Shown in pieces: positions 48,730-59,998 of a stretch of 64,000 nucleotides of DNA. Source of the DNA: a virus. Taxonomy: Duplodnaviria; Caudoviricetes. The stretch's first letter is position 1. Each line of letters begins with the position of its first letter. The notes below the pieces were generated by a model. The model was not told the origin of the DNA and did not search any database. It saw only the letters and a list, made by a program, of their open reading frames with translations. A program made the translations under genes and the position numbers. Where the stretch lies: positions 217,187 to 281,186 of IMG/VR virus record IMGVR_UViG_3300028886_000035. One strand, written 5' to 3'.

Positions 48730-48912
48730 TTACGTTTCTATTTCCATTTTTCGTACTTCTACAGAATATTCAGGTTTTTCTTTGTCAAAACCCATAGCCT
48801 TTTCTTGAATACAAGTTTCTACTTTCTTATTTAAATCTTCTTCTGAATCTGCGCGAAAAATAAAACTGGTTTTTTTTGTTTGAGTAATTGTAACTTTATA
48901 TTCTTCCGTCAT
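48730..48912 (-). CDS. Small hypothetical protein
   Basis: Y.V.I.......A.SEE pattern. Confidence 0.5.
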   Translation of the reverse strand: MTEEYKVTITQTKKTSFIFRADSEEDLNKKVETCIQEKAMGFDKEKPEYSVEVRKMEIET

Positions 48913-48915
48913 AAA

Positions 48916-49134
48916 TCAGTCACCATTTTTTCTAAATAACAATACATTGTTATTTTCTTTAAAACCTAAAATTTTACCTCTATCGTTTTTATCTTTAATA
49001 TAAGCATATGTTTTATCTTGATATTGAATATATATTTTATTCATATTTTCTTTAAGTACAGTTCCTTTTGACAAGATATTTAGGCTTGGACTATGAAAAA
49101 TTATATAAATTACTTTATTATTCATTTTCATCAC
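48916..49134 (-). CDS. Small hypothetical protein
   Basis: ORF. Confidence 0.45.
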   Translation of the reverse strand: MMKMNNKVIYIIFHSPSLNILSKGTVLKENMNKIYIQYQDKTYAYIKDKNDRGKILGFKENNNVLLFRKNGD

Positions 49135-49226
49135 CTGTTATAATAATATATCTTCCCCCTGTATTTAATATATATACATTTATCAACATTTGTACATATA
49201 CAATATACTACATTATACATTTTATA

Positions 49227-50678
49227 TCAAATAATTTTATTTACTTTAAATTCTTTTTCATATCCTTCAGTCAACGCAATATTATATTTTGTATAATCTT
49301 CCCAGTTTGTTCCATCAAAATGCAACATGATTTGTGCTGGTCGATTATATAAACGTTTTGTATCTGCGTATTCATCTGTTCCACATAAACTTCCATTTAC
49401 AATAATTTTAGTTCCTGTTTCTTCACCTTCAAACACGCTATGAGTATGCCCCATAAGTACCATATCAACTTTTCCGCCAAAAGAACCTAAAATTGATTGA
49501 AAATTTGTTGCAACCTTCTTTTGTTTATCATAATGACCATGACACAATCCAATTATCATTTTGTTTGGTAATTCACAAATACATTTATCCCATTCATTCT
49601 TATCATCAAGTAATAGTTGTTCCGTAGTTTTGCTCATAATTTCATCACCATGAGCATTAAAGCATACTATTTTTTCTTCTCCACACATTTTGTTATAATT
49701 TATAGCTTGTGTACGAATAGCATTATAATACGTAAGATAGTAAGAATCTGATTTTGTTGCTTCTTTTAAATCTGCAATCGTTCTATCATGATTACCACAT
49801 ACTGCAAGTACTCTTATTTTTTTACAATATGGAGCTAAATTAGTTAACAATGAAAAAATGGCTTCAGCCACTATTTGTGATTGATTTGCCCCACCTGCAA
49901 CATCACAATTTCCAAAAGTCCTACTAGTTGTATGAATATCACCGTTAATCATATCGCCTAATAAAGCCACAATTAAATATTTAGGCTTATCAATTTTTAA
50001 TTTTTCAATTGTTTTAACAGTTAATTCTGCCATTCTTTGTTTAAAAATTTCTTTATCATATTTATTTCTAGTAACGTCAGACTTCATGCCATAATGAAAG
50101 TCGCTTAATAATAATATATTCATTGACATATCATCTTTATCATAAAGATACTTATCTTTTTGATAATCTATATATTGAGACAAATCGCAATGTTCTGCAA
50201 CGGTATCAATAAAATCTTCTTTAGCATATTCAATTTTAGATATTGCACTAGATTCTTTGTCCAATAGTTTTTTTGCTAAACTAACTTTCTTTTGTTCTAT
50301 TAAAGAACGCATCTTTTTTTGCTCAGCTTTTTCACTTTCTTTTCTCAATTTCCCAAGAAGAATATCCATAGATTTATTTGTGTCTATATCGTTTATATCC
50401 ATATTTGTAGTAGAATTGTTGTTTGTATTTTTATCATTCGATTGTTCTTCTACTGCTCGTCTCATATGCTTTCTCAATGTGCTTTCTGTCATATTATATT
50501 GACCCATATTTAAAGCATGAAAAATTTGTGACCATGTATATTTATAAATCCTATGATTTAATGTAGCGTCACGTTTTTCTTTTGATAATTGTACTGCATA
50601 ATCATAGTTACTCATATTATTTGGTTTATTATTTTTTATTTCATCTAAAATTTTTTGTTCTTTATTATTAAAACTCAT
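49227..50678 (-). CDS. Metallophosphoesterase/nuclease with N-terminal HTH-like and coiled region
   Basis: SDFHYG, LGD..NG.IH, GNHDR, HGH, GHTH, NGSL.G.D.YA. Confidence 0.8.
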   Translation of the reverse strand: MSFNNKEQKILDEIKNNKPNNMSNYDYAVQLSKEKRDATLNHRIYKYTWSQIFHALNMGQYNMTESTLRKHMRRAVEEQSNDKNTNNNSTTNMDINDIDTNKSMDILLGKLRKESEKAEQKKMRSLIEQKKVSLAKKLLDKESSAISKIEYAKEDFIDTVAEHCDLSQYIDYQKDKYLYDKDDMSMNILLLSDFHYGMKSDVTRNKYDKEIFKQRMAELTVKTIEKLKIDKPKYLIVALLGDMINGDIHTTSRTFGNCDVAGGANQSQIVAEAIFSLLTNLAPYCKKIRVLAVCGNHDRTIADLKEATKSDSYYLTYYNAIRTQAINYNKMCGEEKIVCFNAHGDEIMSKTTEQLLLDDKNEWDKCICELPNKMIIGLCHGHYDKQKKVATNFQSILGSFGGKVDMVLMGHTHSVFEGEETGTKIIVNGSLCGTDEYADTKRLYNRPAQIMLHFDGTNWEDYTKYNIALTEGYEKEFKVNKII

Positions 50679-50868
50679 TCGTTCGCAATCCTTCCTGTAA
50701 AATCTTTATAATTTACTCACTTAATAAAGATATATTGGCATTTCGCATTTTTATATACAGAATCGCCAAATTTATTATAAAAGTTTGATTTGACTTTTGT
50801 AAAGGATAATGATATAATCTGTATTAGAATAAAATTACCATGAGAATATATAGAAGGAGTTTGTACAT

Positions 50869-51990
50869 ATGTTTATAAAACATCCCATACCAAAAAAATA
50901 TATCAAAACTTTATTTGAACAAGCAAGAACACAAGTTATTCAATATCAAAAAGAATTTGATGTAAAATGTTCTATCAATATCATTTTTCAAGGCTTTAAC
51001 GATGATATTGTTCATCCTGTAAAACTTTGGTTTAATAAAAGTACAAATTGTTTCTATTTGGAATTTTCCAACAATTTCTTAATTAATTCAGAAGAAAAAG
51101 TACAAAAACTATTTGTAAGATATTTCATTTGTACAAACGAAAATGGTAGTTTTAAAACATATGACGATACTCTAATTGAATTTCATAAAATTAAATCATG
51201 CTATTATGACGCAACTATGATTAACAACTATTTAATTGGAGAACAAAAAGTTAAAGATAATATTTATTGTAATAAATGTCATAAAAGTTTTTATATATCA
51301 GAAGATAATGATATTTATAGCAATATAAAAGATTATCGTTGTGATTGTGGTGGAGAACTTTCATATACAAACAATATAGAAGAAATTCGTTCTAAATATA
51401 TTAATCCATCCAATCAATCATTCTCATATAACAAAGAATTTTTCAAATCTATCGTATATACAGAAGAAGATTATAAATCGTTTCATGCTTTTATAAAAGA
51501 TAAAAAAAGAATTTCTCGTATGAATCTTTTGCCTGAAATTATACGTGCGATAGATAATCAAGAATATACTTTGCTTAATATGTATAACCTAGCGTTTCCA
51601 AAAGCCTATTGTATTACACATCATTATATTAAAGCAAAATATAGACAAATTATTGAGCAATATTGTCCACCAACTATGCAGTATGAAAAAAAGACAAAGA
51701 AAAATAGTCTTTTTCAAGATGATATAAAAATCAAAAAAAGTTTAAACCGTTCAGACTATTCATGTAGTGATGATATGTTCAATAAATTATTGTGTTATAA
51801 TAATAGTAGACATTGTGTTAAAACATTAAAAGAAATTTTGATACCTGCTATTAATAATAATGAGACAAAAATCATTGATACATTATATAATATTGACAAA
51901 CAAGTCATTGAAAAAACAAAAAAGTATTTAAGGAAATATGAAAAACAATATTTAGTTGATTGGGAGAAAGAACATGAATATACTGTTTAA
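50869..51990 (+). CDS. Zn-ribbon protein, possibly a degenerate SprT
   Basis: YCNKC...YRCDCGGEL; no HExxH. Confidence 0.5.
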   Translation: MFIKHPIPKKYIKTLFEQARTQVIQYQKEFDVKCSINIIFQGFNDDIVHPVKLWFNKSTNCFYLEFSNNFLINSEEKVQKLFVRYFICTNENGSFKTYDDTLIEFHKIKSCYYDATMINNYLIGEQKVKDNIYCNKCHKSFYISEDNDIYSNIKDYRCDCGGELSYTNNIEEIRSKYINPSNQSFSYNKEFFKSIVYTEEDYKSFHAFIKDKKRISRMNLLPEIIRAIDNQEYTLLNMYNLAFPKAYCITHHYIKAKYRQIIEQYCPPTMQYEKKTKKNSLFQDDIKIKKSLNRSDYSCSDDMFNKLLCYNNSRHCVKTLKEILIPAINNNETKIIDTLYNIDKQVIEKTKKYLRKYEKQYLVDWEKEHEYTV

Positions 51991-52552
51991 AATGAACGAA
52001 AATACGATTAGAGCAATTGATATAGCTCAACAAGACCTTACATTCGATATTGCCATGAATCTTCTGGAAATGAAGAATAATAAAGATAATCGTATAATTT
52101 CTACAGTAGCAGTTACGCTATGTTTAAATCCTTCTGGTAATATTGAAAAACAAGATGAATATGTTATATACGGTTGCATCATCCCAACAAACAATGCAAA
52201 TGATTACTCACTCATTGTTGATTTTTTAAATTATATTGCAAAACAAACTACAAAATCTGTATTTGAAGGTATTTATCAACAAAAATATTTATTTAATTTA
52301 GACGGAGTAACAAATAATCTTATGCAAAGTTCAGTTACACCGTTAGACGCACCAATTTTAGATAAATGGCATGATGCATATATTCATGTGCAAAATATTA
52401 TTAAAGAATATGGCTATTATAGCGTAAACGATTTTTGTAATAATTCTAGTATTGATGATGAAATTGAAACATTTGATGATATTTATAAAATTTTTAATAA
52501 CGAACAAAGCAAAAAAGAAGAAAATAAAAGTAATAACGAAACAAATAAATAA
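51975..52552 (+). CDS. Hypothetical protein
   Basis: Coupled ORF. Confidence 0.55.
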
Positions 52553-52638
52553 AAGATAATTTTTATTGTTTTAGTATCTATTTAATTATTGGACAGTTTC
52601 ATATACTGTCCATATCTTTTTATATCGGAGGTATAAAA

Positions 52639-53148
52639 ATGAGTATTAAAGGTTTTAAAAACCAATATCAATTTTTAAGTAATTTCTATAATCAACCATT
52701 CAATTATAATGGAATTGCTTATAATAGTGTTGTTAGTGCTTTTTTTGCCAATATGACTACAAATGAATTTCAAAGAAATATGATAGCAAAATCGTTACCT
52801 TCAGATGCTATTAAATTATATAAAAGAACATCAAGCAAAAAGCGTTTATCTGATAAAGAAAAGAAAGATTTAATGTATAATATTTGCAAAGAAAAATTTT
52901 CTATTCCTTCATTAAAGGATAAACTTCTTGCAACAAATAATGAAGAACTCATTAATGAAACTACATGGGAGAATCCTTTTTGGGGAATTACTAATGACAA
53001 AGGAGAAAACCAATTAGGCAAAATTCTTATGAAAATCAGGAAAGAACTCGATAAAGAACAAAAAGAAAAAGAAGCTTCTGGTAACCAAGAACAAGTACAA
53101 GATATTGTTAAAGAAACAAAACAAGAGTTATCTGATAATCAGGAGTAA
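52639..53148 (+). CDS. NADAR/YbiA-family protein (active-site residues diverged)
   Basis: FLSNFY, KF....L...LLAT....L, W...WG...G.N.LGKILM.IR. Confidence 0.85.
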   Translation: MSIKGFKNQYQFLSNFYNQPFNYNGIAYNSVVSAFFANMTTNEFQRNMIAKSLPSDAIKLYKRTSSKKRLSDKEKKDLMYNICKEKFSIPSLKDKLLATNNEELINETTWENPFWGITNDKGENQLGKILMKIRKELDKEQKEKEASGNQEQVQDIVKETKQELSDNQE

Positions 53149-53154
53149 ATAAAT

Positions 53155-53871
53155 ATGTTAAATGAACAAGATTTATCAAAATTATATCAATTATATTCTA
53201 ATATGAATGATAAACAACAACTAGATTTTTATAAACAATTTGGATTAGTATATATACCACAACTAGACCCTATGAATAAGATAGAAGAAAAACATGAAGA
53301 TTTTTCTGCTTACAAATTTGATTATACTCGTATTTTTAGTAATCAAAATACAAAAGATTTTATTGATAAATATATATATAAAATTCAAAAAAAATTGGAA
53401 CGAGACAATTTGATTGTAGCAATTAAATTAAATGAATTAGAAAAATATAGATATTGTTCAGAAATAAATATTTATAAAATTTTAGACAGTATAGATTTTG
53501 ATAGATTTCTTATTTTAACACAAAAAGATGAAACACAACATGCAATAAAACATTTTGAACAAAAAGTAAAAAACGGTTATAGTGCTTCTGATTTATATAA
53601 TATGGATAGAACGATAGCTATTACTTTATTACCAAAATTAGTAGAAAAATATAGAGATATTACAAAAAACTATCCATGCGAAATAAATGATATAGATGAA
53701 TGGAAAAGCATTATAACAAAAATAGTCTGGTTCTTAAAGGAAATTATTTATTCTGAAGATAGAGATAAAATATCCTTAATGAATGAAATTGAGTTGAAAC
53801 AATTTAATAATTATTATGATGAAGCAAAACAATTATTCGCAAAATATTTTGATTGTTTGTGGCTTACTTAA
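53155..53871 (+). CDS. Hypothetical phage protein
   Basis: GYS..D..N.D...YP....EW..I...F.K.F..LW. Confidence 0.6.
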   Translation: MLNEQDLSKLYQLYSNMNDKQQLDFYKQFGLVYIPQLDPMNKIEEKHEDFSAYKFDYTRIFSNQNTKDFIDKYIYKIQKKLERDNLIVAIKLNELEKYRYCSEINIYKILDSIDFDRFLILTQKDETQHAIKHFEQKVKNGYSASDLYNMDRTIAITLLPKLVEKYRDITKNYPCEINDIDEWKSIITKIVWFLKEIIYSEDRDKISLMNEIELKQFNNYYDEAKQLFAKYFDCLWLT

Positions 53872-53894
53872 TTTCACATCTTACGAGGTGAATT

Positions 53895-54260
53895 ATGAAT
53901 ATACAATATAGCATAGTACAAGAAGAACAAATTGGTAAGGAATCTTCTTATCAAAAAATTGAAAACATTGTATCTATGAATTTAAATAAATATATGGATT
54001 CTATTATTCAATTTTGTAAAGATAACAATCTTACTACTTTACATAGCGACCAATTAGAATATAGTAATCTAACAAAATACAGTTTAACTAAAGATGAAGT
54101 ATTAGCAGTATGTGATATATTGTGTCAACAAATACGCAATCACAAAACATATAACAGTACAAAATATGGATTTTATGGTACAATTAAATATAAATCATTC
54201 TCCATTACAGTACGTCTTATATTGTATGGAGAAATAAAATTTGTTTTATCTATAAACTAA
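53895..54260 (+). CDS. Hypothetical protein
   Basis: SD GAGGTG. Confidence 0.55.
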   Translation: MNIQYSIVQEEQIGKESSYQKIENIVSMNLNKYMDSIIQFCKDNNLTTLHSDQLEYSNLTKYSLTKDEVLAVCDILCQQIRNHKTYNSTKYGFYGTIKYKSFSITVRLILYGEIKFVLSIN

Positions 54261-54313
54261 AAAGAGTGGTTACTTTAATTGTAACCACTCTTTTATTTAT
54301 TTTAGCTTATCTT

Positions 54314-55261
54314 TTAAGCAGACATTACCATATCATAGGCTTTGTCAAGGAACTTGTTCCCAACCATTGCACTACGCATCATATTGTCCTGATAATTCTG
54401 CGTAAGGCGAATTGGACGAGCGTGATATGCATAATCACTTGCTGCATTTACAAGCCACCAACCTGTACCACGGAAATTCTGAAGGTCATCTGCACGGAGC
54501 ATTTTGCGGAAATTATCACGCATAATTTCCATATGCTTAACCTGAACTTCTGTAACATCATCATCCTGAATGGGGAAAAGTTCATTCATCATTCTCTGAA
54601 CTTCCTCTTTTGTAAAACGCTTCTTAGCAAGGTGCTCTGCATTTGCAACAAATGCTTTGTTGTATTTATCAGCACGAGAAAGCGTCTGCTTTGCCTCTTC
54701 AAGGTGTGATGCAATATCACCCTTATGCATGAACGAGAACGTCCTCTGTGCGCCATTAAGGGCGAAATTAAGGGTATTCTGACATACTACTCGAACATTC
54801 GTCATAGTAACACGTACTGCCGAACTACCATCATGCGAATTGGCAAACAAGAGATATGGTTCAACGGTATCACCGAGAACATTCATATCGGGCATTTTTG
54901 CAAGCAACCACACAATACGACCGTGTGCAAGGCTACCTGCCGTATCGTAACGAACATCCCCACCAATCAGTTCATCTGTAAATGCAAATGCTTCACGGTT
55001 CTGAACAGGCTTATAACGATTCGTCACCGTACCAAGGATATAACGGTCACTATCACGATAATTGATGATATTACCTGTATCAATCATTTCACCGTCTACC
55101 TGAATGAAAGCAGGAGACTGTTTAACCTCCCAATCCAATCCTGCAAGTTTCAACGCTTCTGCGCTATTAGGAGCTTCAAGAACACGAACACCCATCTTGT
55201 GCCACGGAGCGTGTCTACCATCTGCATCCACAAAAAACAGATTCTCAATATTTGCACTCAT
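54314..55261 (-). CDS. DUF932/DUF945 (TIGR03299) phage/plasmid protein
   Basis: PWH..G, AGLDW.V, Y.PVQN.EAF, NSHDGS, RVVC.NTL, GT.W..VNA. Confidence 0.85.
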   Translation of the reverse strand: MSANIENLFFVDADGRHAPWHKMGVRVLEAPNSAEALKLAGLDWEVKQSPAFIQVDGEMIDTGNIINYRDSDRYILGTVTNRYKPVQNREAFAFTDELIGGDVRYDTAGSLAHGRIVWLLAKMPDMNVLGDTVEPYLLFANSHDGSSAVRVTMTNVRVVCQNTLNFALNGAQRTFSFMHKGDIASHLEEAKQTLSRADKYNKAFVANAEHLAKKRFTKEEVQRMMNELFPIQDDDVTEVQVKHMEIMRDNFRKMLRADDLQNFRGTGWWLVNAASDYAYHARPIRLTQNYQDNMMRSAMVGNKFLDKAYDMVMSA

Positions 55262-55681
55262 TTTGAATTTCCCCTTTCAAAAAAGACAAATTAATTATTC
55301 ATCATGATTCCATGATAAGCATCAACAACACTCTGCAAATCAGGTGCTTTCTCTTTTTCTCCATCTGTCATACGAGCAACCCTGTCTGCATCACACCACA
55401 TTTCAATCTCTGCTTCTTTGATGTCTTTCATTGTAATACCTCCTGTTGTTTTATCTCTCTCTTGCTTACATGTTTATATTACCATATTTAAAACGATTTG
55501 TCAACACTTTTTTGAAATTGCCAATCATTTTTCTTTTTTCTCCTTTCGATATTTATATTATATCAAAGAAAAATCAGTCTGTCAACAGTTTCAATAAAAA
55601 TTTTCAAATAATATATGATTATTTTATACAATACATCAGATATATTTTTTATAGATAATATAATTGGAGGTAGTATAATAT

Positions 55682-56035
55682 ATGAAACGCTTAATTGCAA
55701 TTATAGATGATAAATATCAAAGCGACCTATTACAAGTTAATTCAAGTGATATAGCCAATTCTGCCATACAACAAATATATAGCCAAAAAGATATACTTGA
55801 AAATTTACTTTTTGGCGATGGTAGCAAATTACTAAATTTTATACAAACAAATTATATTCAATCTATTGTTGATAAATATACTCAAAATAAACCAAATTAT
55901 GATGCAAGTCAATTAAATTCAGAGTCGCTTACATTAGCTTATGGTGCTTATAACAATATAGTAAATCAGATATTGAATACAAATTTACAAAACATTTTAC
56001 AATTATTCAATATCAAAATTGAATATAAAAATTAA
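55682..56035 (+). CDS. Hypothetical protein, MKRLIA N-terminus
   Basis: SD GGAGGT. Confidence 0.6.
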   Translation: MKRLIAIIDDKYQSDLLQVNSSDIANSAIQQIYSQKDILENLLFGDGSKLLNFIQTNYIQSIVDKYTQNKPNYDASQLNSESLTLAYGAYNNIVNQILNTNLQNILQLFNIKIEYKN

Positions 56036-56096
56036 AAACAAAAAGATATACCATACAAGGTATATCACTTTTTGTTTATGCAGTTTAGAAACAATA

Positions 56097-56381
56097 TTAT
56101 CTTAAAAGGTATTGTACACCTGCTAATACAATACTAGCAATAACCCCTGCTAATCCACAAGCAAATTTGATAATCAATGTCTTTAACTGTGCCATTTGGT
56201 TATTAATTTGTTTAATATCTTTTTGAGCTTCTAATTCCTTTAATTCTAATTTTGCTATTTCTTCTTGAACTTTTGGACGTTCTTCCAATATTATATTGAT
56301 ATTAGTTTCTATAGCTGTAATACGTTGTAATACTTCATAGTTAAAAGTATTATTAGAATTATTTGTAAATTCATTTCTCAT
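56097..56381 (-). CDS. Coiled-coil protein with C-terminal TM (XhlA/holin-like)
   Basis: QRI..IET, C-terminal TM helix. Confidence 0.5.
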   Translation of the reverse strand: MRNEFTNNSNNTFNYEVLQRITAIETNINIILEERPKVQEEIAKLELKELEAQKDIKQINNQMAQLKTLIIKFACGLAGVIASIVLAGVQYLLR

Positions 56382-56489
56382 CTCCTAACACCTTCGTTTT
56401 TAACGGTTCAATGTAATTTTTAGGTAAAAAAAGTGTTTGCTCTACACATTTTATCAATACATAAAACAAACACTCATAAACATTATATA

Positions 56490-56801
56490 TTAAAGATTCT
56501 TAATTTCACTTTCAAGTTTTGATTTTACTTCATCATAGAACTTTTGCATCCATTTATCAACTGTATTTGTTCCAATAACTTTTGCAAGTTTTGTAGCTTC
56601 AACTTGTTTCGTCAATGTTTGGAATGCAAATTCCATTTTCTTGAATCCATCCCAATCCTGTTTTTCGGCATAAAGGAATAATTCAAGTGCTTGTTTCTTA
56701 ACTTCTTGTTCTAATAATTTAGTATCATTTTTGCTTATAAAATACATTCTAGTACCATATAACACGGCGGCTAAAACTGCAAGAATAATTGCAATATCCA
56801 T
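56490..56801 (-). CDS. Holin-like protein
   Basis: N-terminal TM; L...AE......G..K. Confidence 0.5.
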   Translation of the reverse strand: MDIAIILAVLAAVLYGTRMYFISKNDTKLLEQEVKKQALELFLYAEKQDWDGFKKMEFAFQTLTKQVEATKLAKVIGTNTVDKWMQKFYDEVKSKLESEIKNL

Positions 56802-56963
56802 TGATTAAACACCTCGTTTATGATTTTACAGATAAATTTCTTAATTCCATATATGAAATAGGTCGTATGTCCAAATATATTGTAGCTTTGTTACACATGA
56901 TTCTTATTATATTAAAAAATACACGCAAGAAAAAAGTCACACCATGTAAGGTGTGACTTTCAA

Positions 56964-57950
56964 TTAGAAGATATTGCCATTCAAATCCTCACCTGTATCT
57001 TCAAGACCAAGTGCCTGATTAATTTTGCTAATATCCACATCATTGTCTTTCGGGAGTTTCGTATTTTCCTTTTTAGAAGGTTTATTTACACCAAGCTCAA
57101 TATCATGAATATGCTGGTTCATACCAGGGATTTGCGAATTCTGATAAAGTTTATCACGAATAGTACGATAAAGCGTATCAATACCATCCCATGATTTAAA
57201 CTTCTTATGAACCATTTTACTATAACCGTACATATCCGTTTCAATCTGTGGAATGGAAATGTATTTATCTGCATACGATTTAGACCATTTCTGGTAAACA
57301 CGCTGATTACCATTTTCATCAAGGTCATCTGTTGCATAAATCACACAGTAGTAATAACCATGAAATTTATCAAACATAATGCTATGAACGGTAACTGCGC
57401 CTTTATAATTTTCAATCACTTTAGTTTCTTCTTTAAGTACTTTGACATTATTTTCAATGCAAGCATGACCACCAAACTGAATATAGCTCTCACCATCTTC
57501 AGAAAGAACCAAGTCATTATTCACCTCATTATGAGACAAATCCAAACGAGTTTCTTCAAGAATTGCGTTTTCTCTTGCTTCATTAACATCATAACCATAC
57601 GTATTAATGCTAATCTTTTTCTGTAGTTCCTTCTGCTCTTTTTCAAGCATATCTCTTTTTGCAATATCTTCACGCTTATCATCATCATTATAATTTGCCA
57701 TTTTAACATTATGAATGAAATACTGGCACGTTTTACGATAATCATCACCAAAGCCAACAAGCGCGGTAAGAATGTTGAAAGGGAATGGAGCATCGTTTTT
57801 GCACTCGTTATAGAGTTTTTCAAGCTCATACCTATCTTCGTCTCTACCAAGTGAAAACAGTTTATTATACATATAAATCCAATACAAACCACAATGGTCA
57901 TCGTACTCATCGAAATCAAGAAGGAACTCATAATTTTTATTCGCAAACAT
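56964..57950 (-). CDS. Hypothetical protein (early-type promoter)
   Basis: 328-aa ORF; TTGACA at about 58027-58032. Confidence 0.65.
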   Translation of the reverse strand: MFANKNYEFLLDFDEYDDHCGLYWIYMYNKLFSLGRDEDRYELEKLYNECKNDAPFPFNILTALVGFGDDYRKTCQYFIHNVKMANYNDDDKREDIAKRDMLEKEQKELQKKISINTYGYDVNEARENAILEETRLDLSHNEVNNDLVLSEDGESYIQFGGHACIENNVKVLKEETKVIENYKGAVTVHSIMFDKFHGYYYCVIYATDDLDENGNQRVYQKWSKSYADKYISIPQIETDMYGYSKMVHKKFKSWDGIDTLYRTIRDKLYQNSQIPGMNQHIHDIELGVNKPSKKENTKLPKDNDVDISKINQALGLEDTGEDLNGNIF

Positions 57951-58080
57951 TTTAATCTCTCCATTTCTATTTGAACCGTTTCTTTATCTCTCTTTCTATA
58001 TATAGTATACCAAATAATTACTTACTTGTCAACAGTTTCAATAAAAAATTTTAAAAAAATAGGAAGAAAATTTCTTCCTA

Positions 58081-58572
58081 TTATTCACATTCCAATATAA
58101 TTTGTTTTTCTTGAAGTGATTTTTGTACATTAATTACACGTTGATTTTTTGAACCACGAAATTGTAAACTAATATCTCGTTGTTCTAAAATAAATCTACC
58201 ATCAACTAGTACATCAATGTTTTTCAACAATTCTGTTCTATCATCATTGAATTGTATTAATTGTTCAAATGTATATCCTGTATATGCCCAAACATTTTTA
58301 CCTAAAGAATGTATTTTTTGTACTAATGGCAATAAGTCTTTTGCTTGTGTAAAAGGTTCTCCGCCACTTAAAGTAATACCACTACATAAAGCATTGTCCA
58401 AAATATCATCAATAATTTTTTGTTCATCTATTAAAATATTTTGTTTAAACTCCCATGTACTAGGATTTTGACAGCCATCACAATGATGTGGGCAACCCTG
58501 AACAAAAATTACATATCGAATACCTTTACCGTCTACAATAGATTCTTTGATAATTCCTGACAAATTAAGCAT
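58081..58572 (-). CDS. nrdG: Anaerobic RNR activating radical-SAM enzyme
   Basis: SIVDG.G.R..IFVQGCPHHCDGCQNP.TW, SGGEPF, DG.F, RGS.NQ. Confidence 0.95.
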   Translation of the reverse strand: MLNLSGIIKESIVDGKGIRYVIFVQGCPHHCDGCQNPSTWEFKQNILIDEQKIIDDILDNALCSGITLSGGEPFTQAKDLLPLVQKIHSLGKNVWAYTGYTFEQLIQFNDDRTELLKNIDVLVDGRFILEQRDISLQFRGSKNQRVINVQKSLQEKQIILECE

Positions 58573-58585
58573 TAATATTTCTCCC

Positions 58586-59260
58586 TTAATGACATTGTGT
58601 TTGACAAGACATTCTCATTGTTTTGCTTTGACACTTTTGACATGTTTGACATACAGTACTTAATGTACGTTGTTCATTGGGCAAAGAAGCTCCTGTATCT
58701 GGCTTGTTTGCTTGACAAGATTGTGTTTGACAAGAAAATTGTTGACAACTTTGACAACTAAAATTTGTTGTTCCTAATTGACAAGATTGACAAGATTGAC
58801 ATCCTTCACAACTTTTTGTAGTTGTATCTACTGATTGACATTTTAAAGTTTGACAAGCATAAGAACACTCGCTATATTTACCAATTTGATAACAATTTGA
58901 ACGGTTATCAACACCACCAATCATTAATGGTTCTTGATAACCTGTACTATTTGTACATTCTGCTTGACAAGATTCACACATATGTGGAAGTGTCTCACAA
59001 TTGCAATTTTTACTAAAACGATTTTCTAAATAATTTATTGCTTGTTGCAAGTCATATAAAGAAACGTATTTGGGCGTTTGTTCGCTATCATTATAATACA
59101 CATCACGTTCAATTACAAGTTGATAATCTGATGCTGCATTATTTTGATTCTGCCCATACAAATTTACACTATTGGCAATAGCATAATATCTATCTACTAA
59201 CGGTTTTAAAGCAGAGTTTTTATTTGCATTGGAAGCACAATTTTTTGCAATATAATCCAA
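58586..59260 (-). CDS. Cys/Gln-rich CQxCQ-repeat protein
   Basis: More than 20 Cys in CQSCQ-type runs. Confidence 0.7.
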   Translation of the reverse strand: MDYIAKNCASNANKNSALKPLVDRYYAIANSVNLYGQNQNNAASDYQLVIERDVYYNDSEQTPKYVSLYDLQQAINYLENRFSKNCNCETLPHMCESCQAECTNSTGYQEPLMIGGVDNRSNCYQIGKYSECSYACQTLKCQSVDTTTKSCEGCQSCQSCQLGTTNFSCQSCQQFSCQTQSCQANKPDTGASLPNEQRTLSTVCQTCQKCQSKTMRMSCQTQCH

Positions 59261-59275
59261 TTATGCCACCATCCT

Positions 59276-59998
59276 TTACATAAATACATTAAGTGAACTA
59301 TTCCACTTTTTATTTGCATCTTCTGACCATACAGAAGTCGTTGGAACCCAGGCAGATTTTAAACCATCATAGTAACAAATTGTATGCGTATCTTCTTTTA
59401 TCCAAAGCAATTTTGTATTAGCAGGTGGAGTATTAGAAATATAACAAAATGGAATCTCTATATTTTTAGAACCATCAAAATTAATTCCATTAATCAAAAC
59501 AGACTTAGTTAATTTATCTGCCACTTCTGAATGGTGAACTAAATGATTGTAAATTTCACCTGTTTGTGTTGTTGGACCAGACCCTAATAATTGACCGTGT
59601 ACATCATCTACATATTCAACTGTAGACAATTCTTTTTTACCATTTTCCACATATACTTTATCTTTTACCCAAATAGAATTTTCTGTAGAACCACGATTTG
59701 CTTCTACCCAATCTTCCATTTTATCATAATTTTGTGCAACAATAAATTCTTTTGCTAATAATCCTTGTGGAACTTTTTTTATACCTGAACTTGTTGTTTG
59801 TTTATCAACGACTCTCATATATGTAGAAAAAGTAGATGGCATAAAATCTTCTGTTGGATGACCATCAAATAATTTACTATCTGAAACCTGACCTACCACC
59901 ATATCTCCTGAAGTTTTTGGATATAGAATAGCCCATTGTTTATTCATATTATTAAAGTCATGTAAAACGATTTTTTGTATTTTATAAGCACCTGACAT
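59276..59998 (-). CDS. Tail-fibre-like protein
   Basis: YPKTS, ADKL....INGI.FDGS.NI, S.TPP.NT..LWI. Confidence 0.55.
   Translation of the reverse strand: MSGAYKIQKIVLHDFNNMNKQWAILYPKTSGDMVVGQVSDSKLFDGHPTEDFMPSTFSTYMRVVDKQTTSSGIKKVPQGLLAKEFIVAQNYDKMEDWVEANRGSTENSIWVKDKVYVENGKKELSTVEYVDDVHGQLLGSGPTTQTGEIYNHLVHHSEVADKLTKSVLINGINFDGSKNIEIPFCYISNTPPANTKLLWIKEDTHTICYYDGLKSAWVPTTSVWSEDANKKWNSSLNVFM

Noticed and set aside
33315-57964. Long antisense or alternative-frame ORFs (for example 33655, 41339, 54266, 54725, 57521)
   Set aside because: Shadows of well-supported genes with biased codon use; no SD or motifs.
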